A stretch of 64,000 nucleotides of DNA from positions 1 through 64,000 of the forward strand of contig NIVC01003130.1 in the NCBI GenBank assembly GCA_002269645.1, given 5' to 3'. Below the pieces are notes generated by a model. That model did not search any database, was not told the DNA's origin, and was given only the letters and a program-made list of their open reading frames with translations. This DNA is from Macrostomum lignano. Taxonomy: Eukaryota. Each line of letters starts with the position of its first letter. The first letter of the stretch is position 1. The translations under genes were made by a program, and so were the position numbers. Shown one piece after another: positions 10,159 through 22,276 of this stretch.

Positions 10159-13100
10159 CAGGGGCGTCGATTTTATGGGGGACAAAGCCAAGAATTCTGC
10201 ATATTGTAAATGTACATGCCTAAATTCCTACATGTACATTAGTTTCAGAATGGTGCTATTTTAGCGCCGTGGGCACTCATTTTAGCGCCGCAGGCACTCA
10301 TTTCAGCGCCGCAGACACTCATTTTAGCGCCACAGGCACTCATTTTAGCGTCGCAGGCACTCATTTTAGCGCCGCAGGCACTCATTTTAGCGCCGTGGGC
10401 ACTCATTTTAGCGCCACAGGCACTCATTTTAGCGCCGTGGGCACTATTTTAGCGCCGCAGGCACTCATTTCAGCGCCGCAGACACTCATTTTAGCGCCAC
10501 AGGCACTCATTTTAGCGCCGCAGGCACTCATTTTAGCGCCGCAGGCACTCATTTTAGCGCCACAGGCACTCATTTTAGCGCCGTGGGCACTTATTTTAGC
10601 GCCGTGGGCACTATTTTAGCGCCGCAGGCACTCATTTTAGCGCCGCAGGCACTCATTTTAGCGCCACAGGCACTCATTTTAGCGCCGCAGGCACTATTTT
10701 AGCGCCGCAGGCACTCATTTTAGCGCCGCAGGCACTCATTTTAGCGTCGCAGGCACTCATTTTAGCGCCACAGGCACTCATTTTAGCGTCGCAGGCACTC
10801 ATTTTAGCGCCACAGGCACTCATTTTAGCGCCGCAGGCACTATTTTAGCGCCGCAGGCACTCATTTTAGCGCCGCAGGCACTCATTTTAGCGCCGCAGGC
10901 ACTCATTTTAGCGCCACAGGCACTCATTTTAGCGCCACAGGCACTCATTTTAGCGTCGCAGGCACTCATTTTAGCGCCACAGGCACTCATTTTAGCGCCA
11001 CAGGCACTCATTTTAGCGCCGCAGGCACTCATTTTAGCGCCGCAGGCACTCATTTTAGCGTCGCAGGCACTCATTTTAGCGCCACAGGCACTCATTTTAG
11101 CGCCACAGGCACTCATTTTAGCGCCACAGGCACTCATTTTAGCGCCACAGGCACTCATTTTAGCGTCGCAGGCACTCATTTTAGCGCCACAGGCACTCAT
11201 TTTAGCGCCGCAGGCACTATTTTAGCGCCGCAGGCACTCATTTTAGCGCCGCAGGCACTCATTTTAGCGTCGCAGGCACTCATTTTAGCGCCACAGGCAC
11301 TCATTTTAGCGCCACAGGCACTCATTTTAGCGCCACAGGAACTCATTTTAGCGTCGCAGGCACTCATTTTAGCGCCACAGGCACTCATTTTAGCGCCACA
11401 GGCACTCATTTTAGCGCCACAGGCACTCATTTTAGCGTCGCAGGCACTCATTTTAGCGCCACAGGCACTCATTTTAGCGTCGCAGGCACTCATTTTAGCG
11501 CCACAGGCACTCATTTTAGCGCCGCAGGCACTATTTTAGCGCCGCAGGCACTCATTTTAGCGCCGCAGGCACTCATTTTAGCGTGGCAGGCACTTATTTT
11601 AGCGCCACAGGCACTCATTTTAGCGCCGTGGGCACTATTTTAGCGCCGCAGGCACTCATTTTAGCGCCGCAGGCACTCATTTTAGCGTCGCAGGCACTCA
11701 TTTTAGCGCCACAGGCACTCATTTTAGCGCCACAGGCACTCATTTTAGCGCCACAGGCACTCATTTTAGCGCCACAGGCACTCATTTTAGCGTCGCAGGC
11801 ACTCATTTTAGCGCCACAGGCACTCATTTTAGCGCCGCAGGCACTATTTTAGCGCCACAGGCACTCATTTTAGCGCCGCAGGCACTCATTTTAGCGTCGC
11901 AGGCACTCATTTTAGCGCCACAGGCACTCATTTTAGCGCCACAGGCACTCATTTTAGCGCCACAGGAACTCATTTTAGCGTCGCAGGCACTCATTTTAGC
12001 GCCACAGGCACTCATTTTAGCGCCACAGGCACTCATTTTAGCGCCACAGGCACTCATTTTAGCGTCGCAGGCACTCATTTTAGCGCCACAGGCACTCATT
12101 TTAGCGTCGCAGGCACTCATTTTAGCGCCACAGGCACTCATTTTAGCGCCGCAGGCACTATTTTAGCGCCGCAGGCACTCATTTTAGCGCCGCAGGCACT
12201 CATTTTAGCGTGGCAGGCACTTATTTTAGCGCCACAGGCACTCATTTTAGCGCCGTGGGCACTATTTTAGCGCCGCAGGCACTCATTTTAGCGCCGCAGG
12301 CACTCATTTTAGCGCCACAGGCACTCATTTTAGCGCCGTGGGCACTATTTTAGCGCCGCAGGCACTCATTTTAGCGCCGCAGGCACTCATTTTAGCGCCG
12401 CAGGCACTCATTTTAGCGCCGCAGGCACTCATTTTAGCGTCGCAGGCACTCATTTTAGCGCCACAGGCACTCATTTTAGCGCCACAGGCACTCATTTTAG
12501 CGCCACAGGCACTCATTTTAGCGCCACAGGCACTCATTTTAGCGTCGCAGGCACTCATTTTAGCGCCACAGGCACTCATTTTAGCGCCGCAGGCACTATT
12601 TTAGCGCCACAGGCACTCATTTTAGCGCCGCAGGCACTCATTTTAGCGTCGCAGGCACTCATTTTAGCGCCACAGGCACTCATTTTAGCGCCACAGGCAC
12701 TCATTTTAGCGCCACAGGAACTCATTTTAGCGTCGCAGGCACTCATTTTAGCGCCACAGGCACTCATTTTAGCGCCACAGGCACTCATTTTAGCGCCACA
12801 GGCACTCATTTTAGCGTCGCAGGCACTCATTTTAGCGCCACAGGCACTCATTTTAGCGTCGCAGGCACTCATTTTAGCGCCACAGGCACTCATTTTAGCG
12901 CCGCAGGCACTATTTTAGCGCCGCAGGCACTCATTTTAGCGCCGCAGGCACTCATTTTAGCGTGGCAGGCACTTATTTTAGCGCCACAGGCACTCATTTT
13001 AGCGCCGTGGGCACTATTTTAGCGCCGCAGGCACTCATTTTAGCGCCACAGGCACTCATTTTAGCGCCACAGGCACTCATTTTAGCGCCGTGGGCACTAT

Positions 13101-14568
13101 TTTAGCGCCGCAGGCACTCATTTTAGCGCCGCAGGCACTCATTTTAGCGTCGCAGGAACTCATTTTAGCGCCACAGGCACTCATTTTAGCGCCACAGGCA
13201 CTCATTTTAGCGCCGCAGGCACTCATTTTAGCGCCGTGGGCACTTATTTTAGCGCCGTGGGCAATATTTTAGCGCCGCAGGCACTCATTTTAGCGCCACA
13301 GGCACTCATTTTAGCGCCACAGGCACTCATTTTAGCGCCACAGGCACTCATTTTAGCGTCGCAGGCACTCATTTTAGCGCCACAGGCACTCATTTTAGCG
13401 CCACAGGCACTCATTTTAGCGCCACAGGCACTCATTTTAGCGTCGCAGGCACTCATTTTAGCGCCACAGGCACTCATTTTAGCGCCGCAGGCACTATTTT
13501 AGCGCCGCAGGCACTCATTTTAGCGCCGCAGGCACTCATTTTAGCGTCGCAGGCACTCATTTTAGCGCCACAGGCACTCATTTTAGCGCCACAGGCACTC
13601 ATTTTAGCGCCACAGGCACTCATTTTAGCGTCGCAGGCACTCATTTTAGCGCCACAGGCACTCATTTTAGCGCCACAGGCACTCATTTTAGCGCCACAGG
13701 CACTCATTTTAGCGTCGCAGGCACTCATTTTAGCGCCACAGGCACTCATTTTAGCGTCGCAGGCACTCATTTTAGCGCCACAGGCACTCATTTTAGCGCC
13801 GCAGGCACTATTTTAGCGCCGCAGGCACTCATTTTAGCGCCGCAGGCACTCATTTTAGCGTGGCAGGCACTCATTTTAGCGCCACAGGCACTCATTTTAG
13901 CGCCGTGGGCACTATTTTAGCGCCGCAGGCACTCATTTTAGCGCCGCAGGCACTCATTTTAGCGCCACAGGCACTCATTTTAGCGCCGTGGGCACTATTT
14001 TAGCGCCGCAGGCACTCATTTTAGCGCCGCAGGCACTCATTTTAGCGTCGCAGGCACTCATTTTAGCGCCACAGGCACTCATTTTAGCGCCGTGGGCACT
14101 ATTTTAGCGCCGCAGGCACTCATTTTAGCGCCGCAGGCACTCATTTTAGCGCCGTGGGCACTTATTTTAGCGCCGTGGGCAATATTTTAGCGCCGCAGGC
14201 ACTCATTTTAGCGCCACAGGCACTCATTTTAGCGCCACAGGCACTCATTTTAGCGCCGTGGGCACTCATTTTAGCGCCGTGGGCACTATTTTAGCGCCGC
14301 AGGCACTCATTTTAGCGCCGCAGGCACTCATTTTAGCGCCGCAGGCACTCATTTTAGCGCCACAGGCACTCATTTTAGCGCCGTGGGCACTTATTTTAGC
14401 GCCGTGGGCACTATTTTAGCGCCGCAGGCACTCATTTTAGCGCCGCAGGCACTCATTTTAGCGCCACAGGCACTCATTTTAGCATCACATGCACTCATTT
14501 CAGCGCCGCAGGCACCATTTTAGCGCCAGAGGCGTCGCGTGCCCCCCCCCCCGGTAGCGACGCCCCTG
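10159..14568. mobile_element. Non-autonomous TIR DNA element (hAT-like MITE) carrying a giant internal satellite
   Basis: Perfect 11-bp terminal inverted repeats CAGGGGCGTCG (10159-10169) and CGACGCCCCTG (14558-14568), with subterminal G-run and C-run. The 8-bp flanks CCAGAGAG and CTAGCGAC match at 5 of 8 positions. No transposase ORF. Confidence 0.6.
10259..14527 (+). repeat. 21-bp satellite (GCAGGCACTCATTTTAGCGCC)n, ~4.27 kb, about 200 units, with higher-order structure
   Basis: Direct reading; variant units (GTGGG, GTCGC, ACAGG, AGGAACT, CTATTTT, CTTATTTT) recur in blocks. Confidence 0.99.
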
Positions 14569-15117
14569 CTAGCGACCAGCTGATGGTTGGACAGGTTAAA
14601 CTTGCCATTTTTTGGTCACAGGGTTTTGTTAAAGACTGAGAGCTAGCATGCAAGTAGTTCAAGAATGCGACTTTGTGTTTCTATTCGTATGTCAGAATTT
14701 TGCGTGTTGTCTCTGGCCCAACCTATCTTTGGTCTTTAAGATGTTAACTAATCGTCCATTATATATTTTCTCGCGATAGAGTTTTAAAACTAGCTGTAAC
14801 CCTCAGTAAATTTGAGGCAATGGTTGAAAACGGGGTCAGGATCAGCTGATCGAAATTCTGGACGAGAAAAATTTCTAGGATGGAACTCAGTTTTTCGCTA
14901 GTAATATTTTATCTTATTTTGCTACTCAAAGTCTTAAATTCATGCCTGATGGTTTTGAGAAAGTGAGATAAATGAGAGCTTTGGGCAGGATTCGGGACAG
15001 TTAATATTTTTTTACTCAGTGCGTCTTTCGTTTGGCACGCAAACGAGAATAGCGAGGCTGGGTAACACCTGCAGATGATGTTAGCAGAGGCTTCAGTAAA
15101 GCATGAATTTATGCCGA

Positions 15118-16235
15118 GGAATTAGCACACTCACTGAGATAGTGGCACACTCACTGAGGTAGTGGCACACTCACTGAGGAAGTAGCACACTCACTGAGGT
15201 AGTAGCACACTCACTGAGGAAGTAGCACACTCACTGAGATAGTGGCACACTCACTGAGGAAGTGGCACACTCACTGAGGTAGTGGCACACTCACTGAGGT
15301 AGTGGCACACTCACTGAGGTAGTGGCACACACACTGAGATAGTGGCACACTCACTGAGGAAGTGGCACACTCACTGAGGTAGTGGCACACTCACTGAGGA
15401 AGTGGCACACTCACTGAGGTAGTGGCACACTCACTGAGGTAGTGGCACACTCACTGAGGTAGTAGCACACTCACTGAGGAAGTATCACACTCACTGAGGA
15501 AGAAGCACACTCTCTGAGGTAGTAGCACACTCACTGAGGAAGTAGCACACTCACTGAGGAAGTAGCACACTCACTGAGGTAGTGGCACACTCACTGAGGA
15601 AGTAGCACACTCACTCAGGTAGTAGCACACTCACTGAGGAAGTAGCACACTCACTGAGGAAGTAGCACACTCACTGAGGAAGTAGCACACTCACTGAGAT
15701 AGTAGCACACTCACTGAGGAATTAGCACACTCATTAAGGAAGTAGCACACTCACTGAGGTAGTGGCACACTCACTGAGGAAGTAGCACACTCACTCAGGT
15801 AGTAGCACACTCACTGAGGAAGTAGCACACTCACTGAGGAAGTGGCACACTCACTGAGGAAGTAGCACACTCACTGAAGAAGTGGCACACTCACTGAGGA
15901 AGTGGCACACTCACTGAGGAAGTAGCACACTCACTGAGGAAGTAGCACACTCACTGAGGAAGTGGCACACTCACTGAGGAAGTAGCACACTCACTGAGGA
16001 AGTGGCACACTCACTGAAGAAGTGGCACACTCACTGAGGAAGTGGCACACTCACTGAGGAAGTGGCACACTCACTGAGGAAGTGGCACACTCACTGAGGA
16101 AGTAGCACACTCACTGAGGAAGTGGCACACTCACTGAGGAAGTAGCACACTCACTGAGGAAGTGGCACACTCACTGAGGAAGTAGCACACTCACTGAGGA
16201 AGTAGCACATTCACTGAGGAAGTTGCGCACTCAAT
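15118..16235 (+). repeat. 20-bp minisatellite (AGTAGCACACTCACTGAGGA)n, ~55 copies
   Basis: Unit length is strictly conserved (3 units per 60-nt line); only point substitutions. Confidence 0.99.
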
Positions 16236-17431
16236 GAGGGAGAAACACTTACTGAGGAAATAACACACTCTGTATAAAGAGAGCACTCACTGAAACACAA
16301 GAGCAAGTATTAAGGCCCTCTCTGAAGAATAAGTGAGCAGCTAACACGCTAATTTCCCGACCGATCATGACTGATTTATGCATAGCACAAAGCGATGGCT
16401 CATTCTGATGCTGTAATTATTCCTTATCGAAATGACAGCTGCCGTAGTTGCTCAAAGAAAGTTTCGCTATCTCAGAGTATTCATGCCTAAAAATATTCTG
16501 TAAGAGTTGCATTGAAAAGCACTTCGTTGCCAAATAACTACACGTTGTTGTGCTCAAAGCATTTCTACCCTACCCTACTCTACTGAGCCTCCGACATTAC
16601 TGATTGGTTGATCTACAGAACTAAGGAATTTAAATTTAACAGAAATAAGTTGGTTTCATTTTGGCATCCAGAATCGTAGTCACAAAAACCCGTACAATGG
16701 CCAACTCCCAAGACACGGAGTTTACATCCCTGGCGATTTAAAAGTCAAAACCTTTAAAAGTTCTCAGGGTTCAGTGGAACGGGCATGACAGCTCATTCAA
16801 AATAAAGCATCAATGAGGCTGATTAGTGCAGCGATTACTTACCGGCTAAACATCGCCACTGCACTCGGAGTTCGAACGGACTGTTGACTTGTATTGCTTC
16901 AGTGAATGAAGCTTCGCGTTTCTTTTCACTTGCTGTTTGGCTCAATTGAAAGAAAAATATTGCCAAGCTTTCGAGTCACTATAAATACTAGCTATAAGGG
17001 TGCTCATTCGAGAGCAAGATACACGACCGAAGCCCTTCTAGCCAAATACTCGTAAAACAGGAGATAAGAATTCGGGCGGAGGCCTGCGATAGGTTTGCCT
17101 GACCAGCCACTCTCCCCTTCTCTCCGTTCCTCCCTCCCTCCTTCCTCTCAACAACTTGCGCGCACCTATGACCCAGCGAGCACAGGTCGAGAGAACATTT
17201 CACCTGTCCTGATCTATCGAGACATTGAGAAAAAGTGAATTATTATCATGGTAGCTACTACTGATAAACGACTGTAAACGAGAAACAACGGAATGTCTTG
17301 AATTTCGCCTTCGAAAATCGAAGCATTGAGTTCTCATTTGCTTTGGCATCGAACTGACTTAACCCTGAAACCTGAAACTCACAAGCAACCATCATGACTT
17401 TTCTGCAAATCATCTAGGATTTCAAATACAC

Positions 17432-18860
17432 TAAGACTGACACTAAAACAGACTGAAACTAAGACAGACTGACGCTAAGACACACTGACACTACGATGGA
17501 CTGACACTACGATGGACTGACACTAAGACAGACTGCCACTAAGACAAACTGACACTAAGACACTAAATACACTAAGATGAACTGAAACTAAGACAAACTG
17601 CCACTAAGACGAACTGACACTAAGGCACTCTGCCACTAAGACACACTGTCACTAAGACACACTGTCACTAAGACACACTGACAGGGGGCCGTAGCCCAGC
17701 GGAAGCGCAGCTGCTCTGGTGTGCCAGCGACCCAGGCTCGATTCCAAGTGCAGTTACATTAATTTGGGGCTGAATTGGAATCTCGGCTTGGCTCTGCTCG
17801 TGCAATTAACGGCCTTGAGAGCCAACCCCCTAAGGCGCAGTGAAGTGTACATGCCTAACGATAATATAAAGTTAGGGCCGCTGTACACTCCTGTGTGAGT
17901 GTGTGTGCCTGCGTACGTATCCGCGCGCTTGTATGCCTGCTCAGGGGAGTCGGCGGAATGGGCAGTAATGCCTCTCGACGGTTGTGTGCCTATGTCGCTT
18001 AAAGTGCGCCAGGGTGCACACAACCCCCTGCCTCTAATAAAAAAAGACACACTGACACGAAGACACACTGACACTAAGACATGCTGACACTAAGACACTA
18101 AGACACACTGACACTATGACACACTGGCACTAAGACACACTGACACTAAGACACACTGACACTAAGACACACTGACACTATGACACACTGGCACTAAGAC
18201 AGACTAACAATAAAACAGACTGACACTAAGACACACTGACACTAAACAAACTGACACTAAGAGCACTGACACTACGATGGACTGGCATAAGGACACAATG
18301 ACACTAAGACAAACTGGCACTAAACAAACTGACACTAAGACAAACTAACACTATGATGGACTGACACTAAGACAGACTGCCACTAAGACAAACTGACACT
18401 AAACAAACTGACAAGAAGAGCACTGACACTACGATGGACTGGCATTAAGACACACTGACATGACACTAACACATACTGACACTAAACAAACTGACACTAA
18501 GAACACTAACACTATGATGGACTGACACTAAGACAGACTGACACTAAGACACACTGACACTAAACAAACTGACACTAAGAACACTGACACTATGATGGAC
18601 TGACACTAAGACAGACTGACACTAAGACACACTGACACTAAACAAACTGACACTAAGAACACTGACACTATGATGGACTGACACTAAGACAGACTGACAC
18701 TAAGACACACTGACACTAAACAAACTGACACTAAGACACACTGACACTACGATGCACACTGACACTAAGGCACTGTCAGTGTGCATCTGTCTAGGGCACT
18801 GTCTAAGGCACTGTCAGTGTGCCTTAGACTGACACTAAGGCATACTGACACTAAGACAGA
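17432..18860 (+). repeat. ~16-bp degenerate minisatellite (GACACTAAGACACACT)n, interrupted by a SINE at 17684-18043
   Basis: The repeat continues on both sides of the insertion. Confidence 0.93.
17684..18043 (+). mobile_element. tRNA-derived SINE (~360 bp) with A-rich tail and 14-bp target-site duplication
   Basis: Pol III A box TAGCCCAGCGG and B box GGCTCGATTCC at tRNA spacing, but no pairing acceptor stem. 3' end TAATAAAAAAA. Flanked by AAGACACACTGACA at 17670-17683 and 18044-18057. Confidence 0.75.
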
Positions 18861-19897
18861 GTGACATTGCTAGCCTCAGCGTTACTTGTACACAGTAATG
18901 GCAGCGGATCTGAAACCATGATCAGATTTAGCGTTTCGCCACCCTCAGACTTCCACTAACAGATCTACTGGACGACTTTTAGCCTTTTAGTTCGACAGAC
19001 GAAGCTCTCTGCACCAGCCAGTAAGCTTTCCACTGTTTCGGCTTAGGGAATCCGAAGCCCCTCAGGAAACCCGAGTGTCTTTTAGGAAAGTGAAAGCTTC
19101 TTCTGACTAATGAGAGAGCATGAAGCTGAGCTGCCTTCTCTCTTTCCTATGTCTTGACCGCGCACACAGCACTGACATCGGTTTCTTGCTTCAATTATTT
19201 CCCTCCGGCAAGATGCGAAGAAAATGAGTAAGTTGAACTTGCTCAACTGTGCTCTCCCACTCTCTTGCTTTGCGTCTGTTTTCGAGGCTCTGCCGTTTTT
19301 TTCCTTGAGTGAATTCGGCACGAACTGCTCAGCAAAGCAAATTTCGGATTAGTTGTCCTCGGGAAGTACACATACAACTCCACTCTGTACTATCTCTGCG
19401 TAACCGATGCACATTAGTAATAAAGTCTAGTGTTCTTAGCCCTGGGTTTCCTCTTTTAGTCCCATTTTTAAGCTATAAATAGAGTTTATAGTTGAGTTGG
19501 CTAATTCAGTGCTTTCTATAATAGGTTAGTCTGCAAGTAGCGATATCTCAAAATGCAATGTTTTGTAACGAAAGTGGCTATTAGCACTACTTTTGACTGA
19601 AAATCTCAGTAGAAAGTTAAAAGAATTTTGTCTTTCTGACTCTGTCTGAATTTCCCTATGAAGACATTGAATTTAAGTTAGAGATTTTTAGACTTGTTAC
19701 ACGGATCCATCGCGTGTAACAAATTGTCCAACAGCATACCTAGATGAAGTTACAGTATATTACCTGTAGGTGATCAAGATATGAACACTTGGCGTATCTA
19801 CAATCTTCAACTTTTATCTTTCGTGTTTTGATATATAGCAAGACTTTCTTTACACCTGGAGCAGAATCAGGCTTGTGCGGAATAAGTTAGCTATTTA

Positions 19898-22276
19898 ATG
19901 GTTATGGCTTTGCTAACAGAGTTGCACAGGTCTAGGCTGGCTCTACTGCTGCTGTGCTGCATCAGCGGTGCTCTGGGCCGAGATTTAACCATCAGAGGTC
20001 GGGCCTACATCCAGTCAACCAGCCGATGGCTGCCCCTGTACCCGGTGCCCAGGCTGCCAAGTGTCAAAGAACCATCCGAGCCTCGCAACATTCACCTGTC
20101 ATTTGGCGACACAGAGCGCGACATTGTGGTCACCTGGAGCACGGTGTCGAAAGTCTCCTTGCCCCTAGCGCGATTCCGTGCCTGTTCAGCTCCACCTCAT
20201 CAGCCGTGGCAGCTGGCCACTGCTCGATCTACGAAGTTCGTCGACGGCGGGCCTCTAAAATCGGCGCAATGGATTCACCGAGCCAAGCTGCTGAACCTGT
20301 CGTCAGGCGAGAGGTACAACTACAGCGTGAGCAGTGACGGCTCAGTCTGGTATCCAGTGATGGAATTCCGAGTGCCGAATGTCAGCCAAGCTCAACGCAG
20401 TTTTGCCGTGTTTGGCGATTTCGGCCTGGCCAATGCGCAGTCTCTGCCGCGACTACTCGATGACGTCACCAGGCAGCGGATGTACGACGCAATTGTTCAC
20501 GTCGGCGACTTTGCCTACGACATGCCGGACGAGAACGGGGCTGTTGGCGACCGGTTCATGCAGATGCTGCAGCCCATAGCCAGCCGGGTGCCGTACATGA
20601 CCTGCGTTGGCAACCACGAGGAGAAGTACAATTTCTCCCACTACCGGAACCGGTTCAGCATGCCCGGGAGCAGCGAGAATTTCTTCTACTCCGTCAACAT
20701 AGGACCCGTGCATCTGGTGAGCCACTTCTTATACTCGTATAGGTAATCCAAGATTTATATAATCCAAATAGAACGAAATGCAAGCAACACAAGCTATTTC
20801 AACTGAATCTAATCCAAACTGTAAACAATATCAAAACTGTGTGATATCCAAACTGTAAACAATATCCAAACTGTGTAATATCCAAACTGTAAACAATCTT
20901 CAAAGCTGTAAACAATATCCAAACTGTGTAATATCCAAACTGTAAACAATATCAAAACGGTGTGATATCCAAACTGTAAACAATATCCAAACTGTGTAAT
21001 ATCCAAACTGTAAACAATCTTCAAAGCTGTAAACAATATCCAAACTGTAAACAATATCCAAACTGTAAACAATATCCAAACTGTGTAATATCCAAACTGT
21101 AAACAATCTTCAAAGCTGTAAACAATATCCAAACTGTAAACAATATCCAAACTGTAAACAATATCCAAACTGTAAACAATCTCCAAACTGTAAACAATAT
21201 CCAAACTGTAAACAATATCCAAACTGTAAACAATATCCAAACTGTAAACAATATCCAAACTGTAAACAATATCCAAACTGTAAACAATATCCAAACTGTA
21301 AACAATATCCAAACTGTAAACAATATCCAAACTGTAAACAATATCCAAACTGTAAACAATATCAAACTGTAAACAATATCCAAACTGTAAACAATATCCA
21401 AACTGTGTAATATCCAAACTGTAAACAATCTTCAAAGCTGTAAACAATATCCAAACTGTAAACAATATCCAAACTGTAAACAATATCCAAAGTGTAAACA
21501 ATATCCAAACTGTAAACAATATCCAAACTGTAAACAATATCCAAACTGTAAACAATATCCAAACTGTAAACAATATCCAAACTGTAAACAATATCCAAAC
21601 TGTAAACAATATCCAAACTGTAAACAATATCCAAACTGTAAACAATATCCAAACTGTAAACAATATCCTACAGGTGAGCATCAGCAACGAGTTTTACTTT
21701 TTCACCAACTACGGCACCGCCCAGCTCGGCCGCCAATACCGCTGGTTGGACGCCGATCTGCGCGAGGCGAACCTCAACCGCACGGCGGCTCCTTGGATCG
21801 TGCTCATCGGCCACCGGCCGCTGTACTGCTCAAACAATGACAGTCGAGACTGCGAATGGGGTGCCCGAACTCTGCGCTCGGGATTCAACGGGCACCGCTG
21901 GGGTCTGGAGCCGCTGATTCACAAGTACGGAGTGGACTTGGCCTTCTGGGGCCACGAGCACTCGTACGAGCGCACATGGCCAGTGCACAACGGATCTGTT
22001 GTTGGCAAGACAAGCGACACAAAGACCTACACGAATCCGCGGGCAACAGTTCACGTGATTACTGGGTCGGCTGGCAACAAGGAGAAGCACGCCTACTTTG
22101 TTGACAAGGCTCCGAAGTTTTCCGTGTTTCGCAGCACCGACTATGGCTATACGAGGGTGACATTCTTCAATGCCAGCCACGCCTTGTTGGAGCAGGTGAG
22201 CGACGATAAGCAGGGCCAAGTGATTGACAGCTTCACCGTAGTGCAGAAGAGGCACGGACCCTTCGACTGGAACTGA
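19898..22276 (+). CDS. ACP7: Secreted iron/zinc purple acid phosphatase (ACP7/PAPL-like); exons 19898-20716 and 21674-22276, ~473 aa
   Basis: Signal peptide (LALLLLCCISGALG), FN3-like PAP N-domain, and all five metal-ligand motifs: GDFG, GDFAY, GNHE, LIGH, GHEH. The phase-0 splice CTG|GTGAGC...TACAG|GTG gives PVHL|VSISNEFYFF. Confidence 0.95.
20808..21668 (+). repeat. 18-bp minisatellite (AAACTGTAAACAATATCC)n filling most of the ACP7-like intron
   Basis: About 48 units with 16-bp and TCTTCAAAGCTG variants; the last unit runs straight into the acceptor TACAG. Confidence 0.98.

Noticed and set aside
10245-13791. Many MSACGAK / LAPQALI repeat ORFs; regular repeats that might suggest a CRISPR array
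   Set aside because: Contiguous 21-bp monomers with no unique spacers, no cas genes and a eukaryotic context. The same applies to the arrays at 15118-16235, 61592-62830 and 63475-64000.
17684-17760. Possible functional tRNA gene
   Set aside because: A and B boxes are present, but the acceptor stem does not pair, the anticodon stem is mismatched, and it continues into a SINE body with A-tail.
20809-21687. 292-aa TVWILF / DIVYSL minus-strand ORFs
   Set aside because: Translation of the 18-bp intronic minisatellite.
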